From the IMG/VR virus record IMGVR_UViG_3300018080_005419: a stretch of DNA of 64,000 nt; one strand, given 5' to 3'. The translations under genes were made by a program, and so were the position numbers. The notes beneath the pieces were generated by a model. The model made no database searches. It saw nothing but the letters and a program-made list of their open reading frames with translations, and was not told the DNA's origin. Source of the DNA: a virus. Of the stretch, positions 44,058-53,512 are shown in pieces (positions within the stretch are counted from its first letter, which is position 1; each line of letters opens with the position of its first letter).

Positions 44058-45210
44058 AGAGAAAAAAGAAATTGCAGAAGTTCAAGACATTACAGATGAA
44101 GTTTTAAAGGCTGCTGAAAAACCAATTCAAAGAAAAGCTGTTACTGATGAAAATACAAAATATGGTGTTGGTCTAGATGTAGGAACAGCATTTGTTGTAG
44201 GTTCACGTCAAATCGATGATAAGGTTGAATTCAGATCGATCCGAAATGCTTATTATGCAATGCCCCCAAATCCGGTTATGCAAAAATTATTAACTGACGC
44301 AAGTAAAAAAGACAATGATTCTGAAAATGATCATGGTGGAACGGGTTATCTAGAAATGAATGGCGAAATTATTGTTATTGGAGAAAAAGCTTTAGCCTAT
44401 GCTGCAAGTAATCATTCTAATACTCGTAGACCAATGCAAAAAGGTGTTCTTTCACCCGATGACAATGCGGAAGCAATCATGTCTGTTCTGGTACAAAAGG
44501 CATTAGGAGAACCAAAAAAGAAAAATGAAGTTTGTCGTTTTTCTGTTCCTGCTGAGCCTTTTGATGACAAAGATATCGACATTATTTTCCATGAAGGTAT
44601 GGTTTCGGCTATTCTTGAAGATCTGGGTTATTCTGCACAAGCTATTAATGAAGGTGAAGCAATCTGTTATAGTGAATTGTCATCGGAAGAAGATCGTTTG
44701 ACTGGTGGCGCTTTTTCTCTTGGTGGCGGACAAAGCAACGGTTGTATTATGTTTGAAGGTCGTCCTGTGATTAGCTTCAGTGTTGCTCGTGGTGGTGACT
44801 GGATAGATGAAAAGAGCTTCAAGCATGCAAGAATGCAAAGTGCTGCCGAAATGACCTATTTTAAAGAGAATAATAAAGTTGATCTAATAAGTCCTAAAGG
44901 TTGCACAGATAATGATAGAGCAGCAGCAGCATTAGCTATGTATTATCGTTATCATATTCGATCTCTAGTTGAAGCTGTATCTGATCTGATCTCTAAAGAA
45001 AAAGTAGTGCCGACATTTGATAAACCAATTAAGTGGGTTGTTGGTGGTGGAACTTCGAGGGCAGTAAACTGTGTTCAAATGATAAAAGACGAGTTTTCTA
45101 AACAAAAATTGCCATTTGTCTTAGAAGATGTTGTCCAGGCAGAAAATCCAATGACATCTGTTTCAAATGGATGTTTGATTGCTGCAAGGCTGGATGAAGA
45201 TGAAGAATAA
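44050..45210 (+). CDS. Actin-fold ATPase (FtsA/MreB/ParM-like)
   Basis: VGLDVGT (phosphate 1), AINEGEA (connect 1), FSLGGGQSN (phosphate 2), VVGGGTS (adenosine), VSNG. Confidence 0.85.
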   Translation: MVKEKKEIAEVQDITDEVLKAAEKPIQRKAVTDENTKYGVGLDVGTAFVVGSRQIDDKVEFRSIRNAYYAMPPNPVMQKLLTDASKKDNDSENDHGGTGYLEMNGEIIVIGEKALAYAASNHSNTRRPMQKGVLSPDDNAEAIMSVLVQKALGEPKKKNEVCRFSVPAEPFDDKDIDIIFHEGMVSAILEDLGYSAQAINEGEAICYSELSSEEDRLTGGAFSLGGGQSNGCIMFEGRPVISFSVARGGDWIDEKSFKHARMQSAAEMTYFKENNKVDLISPKGCTDNDRAAAALAMYYRYHIRSLVEAVSDLISKEKVVPTFDKPIKWVVGGGTSRAVNCVQMIKDEFSKQKLPFVLEDVVQAENPMTSVSNGCLIAARLDEDEE

Positions 45211-45358
45211 ACAACAGCCAATAAAAGGCATTAATTTAGATTTACTTAAAAAGAAATTGCAAGATGCAGAGGATGACGAAAACGATTATCCTTCCTCTTC
45301 TTTGATTTTAAAGCTCGTCAGAGGAATTAAGCCGCATGCCAAACAACGTGAGCGGTGA
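45200..45358 (+). CDS. Small hypothetical protein MKNKQQPIKGINLDLLKKKL... (52 aa, absent from ORF track)
   Basis: ATG overlapping the end of the actin-like gene; TGA 45356-45358. Confidence 0.5.
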   Translation: MKNKQQPIKGINLDLLKKKLQDAEDDENDYPSSSLILKLVRGIKPHAKQRER

Positions 45359-46007
45359 GGACTATGACGAAGATATAACCATAGAACTTGCTCAATATAC
45401 TGAACCTGCCCTTAGCTCTGCATTGATGATTCGTCGCAGACTTGATTCAACTAATAAGAAAAACTTTAATCAAGACAGTTTTAATAAAAAATTTCCAGGC
45501 CAAAGAAATTTAGATATTGGTTGCGGGAACTGTGTAGAAAAAGGCTGGATTCGTTTAGATTGCAATGAAAGATATAAACCAGATTTATTAATGGATGCAC
45601 ATAATATTTTATTAGGAAATAATTGTATAGATTTAGCCAGAATGCATTATGTTCTAGGATATGTAATAGAGCCGTCTAAAGTATTGTCAGAAGTATGGAG
45701 AATCTTAAAACCGAATTCATTATTGTATCTAGTAAATGGCGCTCCTGCATCTGATATTCAACTAATGCCAGGAGTTCGTCACTCTTTTCCTAAACTTTTT
45801 TGGGAAGATGTTAATAAAAATAATCCAAGACTCTATATTCCTGAAGATTCAAAAGGAAAATGGGAATTAGAAGATGAGAGATACGATTGGTCGCAAACCG
45901 CAAACAAACTCGCATCAAAATTAAAACTAACAAGAGAATTGGTCGTTACTACATTCAGAAATGTAGTAAGTAAGCAATATATAACTCTTCGAAAAATTTC
46001 AAAATAG
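45336..46007 (+). CDS. Class I SAM-dependent methyltransferase-like protein
   Basis: NLDIGCG, DLLMDAH, HYVL, VLSEVWRILKP; start codon uncertain. Confidence 0.8.
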   Translation: MPNNVSGEDYDEDITIELAQYTEPALSSALMIRRRLDSTNKKNFNQDSFNKKFPGQRNLDIGCGNCVEKGWIRLDCNERYKPDLLMDAHNILLGNNCIDLARMHYVLGYVIEPSKVLSEVWRILKPNSLLYLVNGAPASDIQLMPGVRHSFPKLFWEDVNKNNPRLYIPEDSKGKWELEDERYDWSQTANKLASKLKLTRELVVTTFRNVVSKQYITLRKISK

Positions 46008-46009
46008 AA

Positions 46010-46192
46010 TTAAACAAAACCACTTTCAGCATCAAGAAATTTTTGATTTTGTTTCATAATCATATCTACAGTTTCTTTGTCAATGTTTAAATATTTTATC
46101 ATTAACTCTCTGGTTTTAGGACTTTGTCTTGGTATTACACTCATTAACAATTTTAACTGACCTTTTGAAAGACTATTTTTGTTAATATCCAT
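46010..46192 (-). CDS. Small protein similar to the N-terminus of 42101-43660
   Basis: SKGQLKLLMSVIPRQ vs TGGQLRLLTKVLPRL; AGGAGG RBS. Confidence 0.7.
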   Translation of the reverse strand: MDINKNSLSKGQLKLLMSVIPRQSPKTRELMIKYLNIDKETVDMIMKQNQKFLDAESGFV

Positions 46193-46244
46193 TTTATTTT
46201 CCTCCTTATTACAACATAATAAATCATCTTTCGCCTATATATAC

Positions 46245-46274
46245 AAAACCCCACAATAAAATTTGTGAGGTTTT
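46245..46274. terminator. Intrinsic terminator
   Basis: AAAACCCCACAA/TTGTGAGGTTTT stem with T-run. Confidence 0.6.
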
Positions 46275-46307
46275 TTATTTTTTAATAAAGATTTTTGTTA
46301 GATGAAA

Positions 46308-46763
46308 TCAAGGTTGGACGATTTTGCTCGTATCTCCTTGAGGAACAATAATTTGTGATTGTTGTTCTCTTTGTTGCTGCTTTGCTTTTTCTTGTTCTAT
46401 TGCTATTCTTTGCCTTGTTTTATCAAGTTCTTTATCCATTATTGTATCAAATTTGTCTATAGCTTCTCTGGCATTTTTAATACCAGTCATTTGGAAGCTA
46501 TATGGTGTTAGTTGACCCATTGCCATTACGTGAGTTTTGCCAATGAACTTTCGAGGTTTATCTTTATCAATTGAAATTTTACCAGATTGAGAAATACTTA
46601 TAGGTACTAACATATCAATAGCAACCAATTGGCTATCTGTAATACACTCTAACTTATACAATTGACGATCTGACGTAGAAATACGGCTAATGTCTTCTTT
46701 TGGTTGTTCTTCTTTCTTTTCTTCTTCTTGTTTCTTGTCATCTTCTTTTCTTTCTTCTTCCAT
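46308..46763 (-). CDS. Hypothetical protein
   Basis: AAAGGG RBS; ends IIVP...KIV. Confidence 0.75.
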   Translation of the reverse strand: MEEERKEDDKKQEEEKKEEQPKEDISRISTSDRQLYKLECITDSQLVAIDMLVPISISQSGKISIDKDKPRKFIGKTHVMAMGQLTPYSFQMTGIKNAREAIDKFDTIMDKELDKTRQRIAIEQEKAKQQQREQQSQIIVPQGDTSKIVQP

Positions 46764-46781
46764 TGCTTTCCCTTTCTTGGT

Positions 46782-47936
46782 TTAATTCCCAGCTACAACA
46801 TGAAATATTCTATGAAAAATAGAAATCTTTAAAGCATCCCACATTTTATCTCTAATTTCTGACGGCACATCGGAAACTTTAAATATTCCTAAAGGCACAG
46901 TAGCTCCAGCAGATCCCATTTTTCCGCCGCCATGTTGTTTACCAAAAACAGCTTTGGCAAACCCATTAACATCTAGAGAGGTATTAGCAGATCTTATACT
47001 AGCAACAAGATTATCAGATACTATACCAAAAACAACAGCAGTTTCAATACCTTCCATACGAACTACTTTATCTGCTAACATAGGTATTGCATCTCGTTTA
47101 GCAGCAGTGGTTATCCCAATACACCCGACTAAACATGACCCTTTAGATTTTTGATTAACGAAATTGCCCTCATGATCTACCTTATTTATCTCTCTTTCCG
47201 CTTCAAAAAAATAACTAGGAAGAGGATAATCAATAATACCAGCAAGTTTTTTACGATTAACAAAATTTGCTAATTCTTTAAATGCATCAAAATCTTTATC
47301 CGTGGTGTTTTCGCTTATCATATCTTGAGTATCAATTCGAATACCTAAGAATAATGCCGTTGCTACATCTTGATCTATTTCTTCTTCGAATTCAATCTGT
47401 AATTCTTTTATCAGTTCCCATATCAAAGTTGATGTAGACCCTATTGGTTCGATCCATGACAATTCTGCATTACTAGTAACTCTATGATGATCAATAACAA
47501 GGTTTGGATTTTCAGAAGCAGAGTTCTTTTCAGTGCAATCAAGACAAATTTGAATATTAAACTCATCGTTTATTTCTTCAGTCTTATGTAAACGAATATC
47601 TAAAATATTTACCATTGTTTTGTTTTGAGGATGGCTTATATCTCCATCATAATATATGTTTGATACTAATGCATGTTTTTTAGCCAAAAGCCATTGTAAT
47701 GCTCTTGCCGAACCAATAGCGTCTGGATCTGGTGCGTTATGAATTATAATTGCAACTTTATTGGGTGGTTTTTCCTTGTCTTCATTTATAGCAATGTTTT
47801 CCAAAAATTCAGAAACATCATTTATAATCCCACGTTGTTCTTCTAGGGTTTCTTTGGGAGAAATATCATTTTGATTTTCTTCTATCAATAAATCTTTAGA
47901 AATAATCTGACTAGTCTTTTTTGGATTAGAAGTCAA
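46782..47936 (-). CDS. DHH/DHHA1 phosphoesterase (NrnA/GdpP-like)
   Basis: HNAPDPDAIGS, LDC, IDHH, GIRIDT, SIRS, GGGK..AGA. Confidence 0.9.
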   Translation of the reverse strand: MTSNPKKTSQIISKDLLIEENQNDISPKETLEEQRGIINDVSEFLENIAINEDKEKPPNKVAIIIHNAPDPDAIGSARALQWLLAKKHALVSNIYYDGDISHPQNKTMVNILDIRLHKTEEINDEFNIQICLDCTEKNSASENPNLVIDHHRVTSNAELSWIEPIGSTSTLIWELIKELQIEFEEEIDQDVATALFLGIRIDTQDMISENTTDKDFDAFKELANFVNRKKLAGIIDYPLPSYFFEAEREINKVDHEGNFVNQKSKGSCLVGCIGITTAAKRDAIPMLADKVVRMEGIETAVVFGIVSDNLVASIRSANTSLDVNGFAKAVFGKQHGGGKMGSAGATVPLGIFKVSDVPSEIRDKMWDALKISIFHRIFHVVAGN

Positions 47937-48014
47937 TATTTATTCCTCCAAATATAAAACCATGAGACTTTTATCTCATGGTTGTTATTATATCTTCATT
48001 TTGTAGAAAAGTCG

Positions 48015-48431
48015 CTAGTTTATTATATTTTTTATGTGCATAGGTATCTCATGGGAAGAAAAATTAGCACATTTTTTATCTGGATTTTCTGGATTCGGAA
48101 GCGGAATCTCCTTATGACCATAAAAAGAACATTCTCCGTCTTCATTGAACAAACATTCTGAACATTGAGAACATAGCTTTAAATAAGCATTATACCACCT
48201 CATCAGATAATTTGTTCTTTTCTTAATTATTTTTTCTAATCTACGAATGGTCAAATTAAGCTTCTTTGCTTCCTTTTCATTCACTAAATTATTTTCTAGA
48301 AGATGATTCAAAAGAGATTTAGAAGCTATATGTTGAAATATCAAATCATCCAGTAATCCACAATCTTTCCCAAATTTTCTTTGAAGAAGTTGGCGAGCTA
48401 AACCAATAGGAATGTCTTGTTGTGTATTCAT
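48015..48431 (-). CDS. Hypothetical protein with Cys cluster
   Basis: CSQCSECLF...C...C. Confidence 0.7.
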   Translation of the reverse strand: MNTQQDIPIGLARQLLQRKFGKDCGLLDDLIFQHIASKSLLNHLLENNLVNEKEAKKLNLTIRRLEKIIKKRTNYLMRWYNAYLKLCSQCSECLFNEDGECSFYGHKEIPLPNPENPDKKCANFSSHEIPMHIKNIIN

Positions 48432-48447
48432 AGTTATACTCTTTTCT

Positions 48448-49428
48448 TCATGTCGAGGCTCTTCTAGTTAAGAGCCCGGTACTAGGAAGTATAGACGCAA
48501 ATCCTAAATTAGCAAACCATTTTTTAAGAGTTAATGGATCAGATTGGGTATAAGTTATTGGTTTTAAGCCATTTATGTTTTTATTAATTTTCTTCAAATC
48601 ATAGGCTAAATGAACAATATCAACCTGATCTAGTACGTTTTGCTCTTTTTTCTTCTTTTTCTCTTTTGAATCTATCCATGAAATCAAATCTTTATATGTT
48701 GCTTTTCCACTATCTATCCCCAATTCCTTCTGAGCTTCTAAGAGCATTTTTATAGCTGTTTTTTCTCCTACTCCTTTTACACCGATAATATTGTCTCCGC
48801 TATCTCCTGCCAATGCTCCTATATCAATCCATTGTTGCGGAGAAAGATTAAACTCACCGCCAAAACTATCATATGTCATTGCTCCTTTTCCACTAATAGA
48901 TAGAATACTAACATTCTCGGAAAGCAATTGGTACATATCTTTATCAGAGGAGATTATTTTGATAACATCCCCTCTTTCTTCGTGAATCCTAGCAAGTGTT
49001 CCAATTACATCGTCTGCTTCGTGTCCTTCTATTTGAATTTGATCGACAAGAGTAAGATCAAGTATTTCCTTAAGAGTTGGTTTTTGTATATCAATTGCTT
49101 CTACTAAATCGTTTGTCTTTCCTTCTGCTTCTTCCTTTGCTCTTTTTCTTTCTCTATTTTGTTTGTAATAACCTTGTTCTTCTGTTAAAATTCCTTTAGC
49201 AATGGCTTCTTTACTAATCCTTAAACGTTCTTCTGTTCCTCCATCCCAAATAATGGCAATTTTAGCATCTCTCCATCTTTGCCAAACAGCTAATAATTCT
49301 TTGAAAACGCCAAAAATTACTCCTGTAGGTTCACCATTATTTGTTAAATGTCTATTTGTCCAACCAACTCGAAAACAAGTATTATTTGCATCAATAAGCA
49401 CAATAAGATCAGAAGGCTTTGCTGTCAT
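48448..49428 (-). CDS. 5'-3' exonuclease (PolA N-terminal/flap family)
   Basis: LIDAN, IIWDGG, YKQNR, EADDVIG, SSDKDMYQL, ALAGDSGDNIIGVKGVGEKTA. Confidence 0.93.
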   Translation of the reverse strand: MTAKPSDLIVLIDANNTCFRVGWTNRHLTNNGEPTGVIFGVFKELLAVWQRWRDAKIAIIWDGGTEERLRISKEAIAKGILTEEQGYYKQNRERKRAKEEAEGKTNDLVEAIDIQKPTLKEILDLTLVDQIQIEGHEADDVIGTLARIHEERGDVIKIISSDKDMYQLLSENVSILSISGKGAMTYDSFGGEFNLSPQQWIDIGALAGDSGDNIIGVKGVGEKTAIKMLLEAQKELGIDSGKATYKDLISWIDSKEKKKKKEQNVLDQVDIVHLAYDLKKINKNINGLKPITYTQSDPLTLKKWFANLGFASILPSTGLLTRRAST

Positions 49429-49511
49429 TTTATTAGACTCTCCAAAAAGATAAAGGCTCTAGCTATATTATAACCAGAGCCTTTCCAAATTAAGTTGATA
49501 AATTTAAAATT

Positions 49512-50624
49512 CTATTCTACAAAGATGGGCCAATCACAAATTTTGCCTTTTTCTTGATCAATTACAAAAAACGACTGTCTTGGTTCTTCATATGGGGCTT
49601 TAATAGAGATAGCATAAGCATTCCATCCAATAAGGCTACCATTAAGAACAAATGGTCCTGCATCCATCATTTGTTGATGGAAATGACCAAAAACATCTAA
49701 ATAAACCTTTTCAGACTTATTCCATTGTGCAATAGCCTTATTTGTAGGAATTGTCACGCCGCCTACACCACCAGCATATCTGATAGCATCTCCGTGGTGG
49801 AATCTTAATTTGAATCCATACAGAGGAAGATATGTATGATAACCATTTTCAATAATAAAGTGAACTCTTGAGTTTTTAGCATAGATTTTCTCAAGAGTTT
49901 TATACATCATCCATTCATATGAATTTTTATGCGATGTTGAGATACGTTTCTTTAGTGTGGTTCGACCGTGATTTCCTGGACAACACGGAATAATAATCTT
50001 CTCAAAGTTCCCTTCTTTTAATAAGAAATCAATTCCCTGGCAAAGAAGTTCCTGAATGAATAAACTTGCTTCTGTAGGACTAAGATAATTATCCTCCTGT
50101 AATTCTTCATGAATATATCCAGAAATCATATCGCCAAGAATAGCAAGAACTAAATTTTTAATTCTAATTCCATTTCTCACAAGATTGGTTAAGAACAATC
50201 CTTTTCTGAAGAATCTTGCTGCTCGTGCTTCTGCAATTTTAAGATTAAATTCGTTTTTATTGTTTACTGTTGATGGATCTACTTTCTCTTCTACATGCCA
50301 ATCGGAAGCAACCATAATAGCAGTTGCATTTCCTACTTTGCCAGATGACTTTTTAACGAGAGCAGGCACTTTGGTTTCTGATGATTCTTTTAATGCAAGT
50401 AAATGTTCAATGGTTTGGTCTTTGTCTTCCATTTCTTTTAGAGTGGACTTATATCTACGCTCTAACTCTCCTAGCCTATCTTTAAGTTTTGCAAAAGATA
50501 AGTCAGAACGAATCAAATACTCATCAGGAATAATGCCAGTCTCACGCAATTCCATAAGTAGCTTGTGTTCTTCGGGGGAAAGAGTTACGCGAGGATTGCT
50601 GCTTGACTTTTTCTTCTTTGCCAT
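49512..50624 (-). CDS. Calcineurin-like metallophosphoesterase with N-terminal coiled coil
   Basis: SDWH, LGDMISG, PGNHGR, HHGD, GHFHQ, NGS. Confidence 0.8.
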   Translation of the reverse strand: MAKKKKSSSNPRVTLSPEEHKLLMELRETGIIPDEYLIRSDLSFAKLKDRLGELERRYKSTLKEMEDKDQTIEHLLALKESSETKVPALVKKSSGKVGNATAIMVASDWHVEEKVDPSTVNNKNEFNLKIAEARAARFFRKGLFLTNLVRNGIRIKNLVLAILGDMISGYIHEELQEDNYLSPTEASLFIQELLCQGIDFLLKEGNFEKIIIPCCPGNHGRTTLKKRISTSHKNSYEWMMYKTLEKIYAKNSRVHFIIENGYHTYLPLYGFKLRFHHGDAIRYAGGVGGVTIPTNKAIAQWNKSEKVYLDVFGHFHQQMMDAGPFVLNGSLIGWNAYAISIKAPYEEPRQSFFVIDQEKGKICDWPIFVE

Positions 50625-50760
50625 TACTTTCACTCCTTTATTTGAATTTCTACTTAATCTCTACCACTTCTATTATAGTGGCAGAATATAAAAAAGTATT
50701 TAAATATTTGATAAGAAAATATGTTATGTCGAAAATTGGGATGTAATAAACTATTTTAAT

Positions 50761-51570
50761 TTATGACTTGATTTTGAATTTTTTTTCGAGTTTGCTACGA
50801 TTAGTTCTTTTTATATGGCGAATTTCTTCTTTAGAAAGAGTTGCATTAAATGTTGTTTTGTGATTATGAAAAACATATGAACCTAAAGATACTCTAATTT
50901 TATATTCATTATTATATATTCGAAGACATAAATCATCATCGTCTCCATAGCCCAATCCATAAATAGGATCTAAAAGTCCCACCTTTTGAAAAATTTCTTT
51001 GCGGAAAATTGTACAGAAAAAAGCAACCATAGGACAGGATATCCCCATAGGAGCTTCAATATGTTTAGTATTAAAATAAGAATCTAAAATTTTACCTCTT
51101 GCATCAGTATCTAATTCTTTCAAGTTTGGATATTGTTGAATACCTGAACTTTTAAATAAACGCTTCCATCCTTGAAGTGACGATTCGGCTGATGAAACAG
51201 GACCGATAGCACCTATTTTGTTATCACTTTCAAGAATGAAAGTCATCTTATCTAACCATGTTGCAGAAACTTCTATATCGTTATTTAAAATTGCAAAATA
51301 TTCACAATCTTTTCCATAAGGAGTATTCAATAATATTTCTATACCATTATTTACACCTTTAACGAATCCTAAATTTGTATCGGACCATATAGATAAACGA
51401 TTTTTATGCTGTTTAAAAGAATTTATCACTGATTGTTTAGATTTTTCTGTAGATCCATTATCCATCCATACTAATAAATAATCATCTGTATGTTTTAAAA
51501 TAGAATCAAAACAACGAATTGTAAATTCTTCTTGACCATATGTTGGAATAATAAGAGCCGTTTTAGGCAT
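50761..51570 (-). CDS. Glycosyltransferase family 2
   Basis: IIPTY, DNGS, NLGF..G.N.G, LNNDI, FFC, G.GDDDDLC.R. Confidence 0.9.
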   Translation of the reverse strand: MPKTALIIPTYGQEEFTIRCFDSILKHTDDYLLVWMDNGSTEKSKQSVINSFKQHKNRLSIWSDTNLGFVKGVNNGIEILLNTPYGKDCEYFAILNNDIEVSATWLDKMTFILESDNKIGAIGPVSSAESSLQGWKRLFKSSGIQQYPNLKELDTDARGKILDSYFNTKHIEAPMGISCPMVAFFCTIFRKEIFQKVGLLDPIYGLGYGDDDDLCLRIYNNEYKIRVSLGSYVFHNHKTTFNATLSKEEIRHIKRTNRSKLEKKFKIKS

Positions 51571-51577
51571 TTTAATA

Positions 51578-53029
51578 TTATCCTTGATGACTCGACTTTA
51601 AAAAAGTTTGTGTTAAATTGGTAGTTGGGTCTATTGTTTGATATTGTAAATTATTTTTATATGCTACATAATTAAAACTCAATTGATCTCGCTTGCTATG
51701 AGCTTTTACTTCTCGCCACCATAATTCCATAACATTGATTATTTCATTGTCATTGTGTTCTCGAATAATTGTTCCCGTCATAGCTAAACCTATATTCTTA
51801 GGAAATCCTTCATTTTCATACTTTTCTATTTGTATCCTCATAGTCTTAGCTTGATCTTTTCTTAAGTCTATACATGCTTGCAATTCATCATAAAGACAGT
51901 CTCTTAAATCATGCTTCATTAACATAATTTTTTGTGTGCGTTTTTGAAAAAGTTGGTTCATATTACTATTAATTTTTAAATTCCCATCAATCCACAAACT
52001 CGTTTCATATTCGGTTAAAAATCTATGAGGAAGGATTTTATACATTCTTGCTGTTTTAGCATGATTGCAGTCAATAGTATCCACATATCGAATATCCCAA
52101 GTAGAAGACTTAATACTATTGTTATCAGTAAAGCAAATATAGTCTATACCATTTTCTTTATTTGGAACTTCATTTAATTGATCATAGTCTCCCATTATCG
52201 CAGTATAAATAACTAATCTATTTTGTTTATTTTCTGATGATTTATAAAAATAAGGATTTGTAGTATTAGCAGACCATCTTCCATCCAAATAAAGATTTCG
52301 TTCTAATGGTTTATGTACGGATTTTGCAATTATTAATGGTCCTTCATTCAAACACACATATGAAGAAAGCTCATCCTTTTGCAATTCTATTAAAGCATTG
52401 GATATCATATCTTCAGGAAAAACATATTTTTCTAAATCGTAATTTTCATCTAAACTAAATAATATATATTGCCCTTGTATGTCTTTGGCATCTTTAGTAA
52501 ATTCGAAACAATTATAAATTTGGTTTGCCAGTTTATCTTTAAAAATAGACAAATTACTTTCAGAATCAAAAATAGATATTAAACCGTTATATCCAAATAT
52601 TTCTGTATGAGGAATTAAATTCTCTTCGTTAAAATTAAAATCATAAACTATTGATCCTTGATATTTTTGATAATTTATATAAAAATCACTTTCGATTTCA
52701 TCATCACAAAATAATGCTATCGAATTTCTTGTGTCGGGAGATAAACAACAAACTGAAAACTTGGCTTGTAATTCAGTCTCTAAAAATATAACATCTTTAA
52801 ATAATAATTCGTAAAACGCATTATCTTTTAATTTTCTACCATCTATTGTCCAAGATTGGTTCAAATTGTTTTGATTATCTATTTCAAATTTTACAATTAT
52901 TGTTGTGCGATTTTTTCGACAATATGTTCCAAATTTTATACATAGAGAATTAATCTCTTTTTTAGCTGGCAAAATAATCTCTTGTTTAACAAGACTTTTA
53001 GCTGTTAATGGACCTACTGGTTTTTCCAT
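51578..53029 (-). CDS. DUF616/TOD1-MUCI70-like glycosyltransferase-domain protein
   Basis: VIYTAIMGDYD.L, ICFTD, ARMYKILPH.FL, SLWIDGN, H..RDCLYDE...C, RDQLSFNY. Confidence 0.85.
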   Translation of the reverse strand: MEKPVGPLTAKSLVKQEIILPAKKEINSLCIKFGTYCRKNRTTIIVKFEIDNQNNLNQSWTIDGRKLKDNAFYELLFKDVIFLETELQAKFSVCCLSPDTRNSIALFCDDEIESDFYINYQKYQGSIVYDFNFNEENLIPHTEIFGYNGLISIFDSESNLSIFKDKLANQIYNCFEFTKDAKDIQGQYILFSLDENYDLEKYVFPEDMISNALIELQKDELSSYVCLNEGPLIIAKSVHKPLERNLYLDGRWSANTTNPYFYKSSENKQNRLVIYTAIMGDYDQLNEVPNKENGIDYICFTDNNSIKSSTWDIRYVDTIDCNHAKTARMYKILPHRFLTEYETSLWIDGNLKINSNMNQLFQKRTQKIMLMKHDLRDCLYDELQACIDLRKDQAKTMRIQIEKYENEGFPKNIGLAMTGTIIREHNDNEIINVMELWWREVKAHSKRDQLSFNYVAYKNNLQYQTIDPTTNLTQTFLKSSHQG

Positions 53030-53033
53030 GGTT

Positions 53034-53510
53034 TTATTCCAGCATCTCTTCCAATCTTTTAAATTCTTTTTCTTGATCTTCTATGATCTTCTTAATGTTT
53101 GGAGGTTGATGAGAAGGAGGTTTGACCCACTTACCATCATCTCGTCTGTATCCACCAGGACCAAATTTATTCAAGTTATTTAAATCTACAGCTGTTTGTA
53201 ATTCGTCATCGTCAATTCCACAAGCTGTTAAGGTTCCTGTAGTTACAACCTTAATGTCAGCACAACCATCGGCAATTTCGATAAGATCAACGTCAAATGC
53301 TTCTTGAAATTCCACATTATTAATTTCTATGCTTTCATCATTAACCCTAATATAAAATCCTAGCGCTTTAATTGTCTCTAATGATTCTTCTAAAATCAAC
53401 CTAGCACGAAGTTCTCTTGTTTCGTAATCAGGAATAATGGGTGATTTAGGCACATCTTGACCAGCCAACTTCATAAACAAATCAACTCTTTGTTGATGTG
53501 TACTTCTCAT
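53034..53510 (-). CDS. MazG-like/PRA-PH NTP pyrophosphohydrolase
   Basis: LRARLILEESLE, EIADGCADI, N.NKF...RDDGKWVKP. Confidence 0.85.
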   Translation of the reverse strand: MRSTHQQRVDLFMKLAGQDVPKSPIIPDYETRELRARLILEESLETIKALGFYIRVNDESIEINNVEFQEAFDVDLIEIADGCADIKVVTTGTLTACGIDDDELQTAVDLNNLNKFGPGGYRRDDGKWVKPPSHQPPNIKKIIEDQEKEFKRLEEMLE

Positions 53511-53512
53511 TT

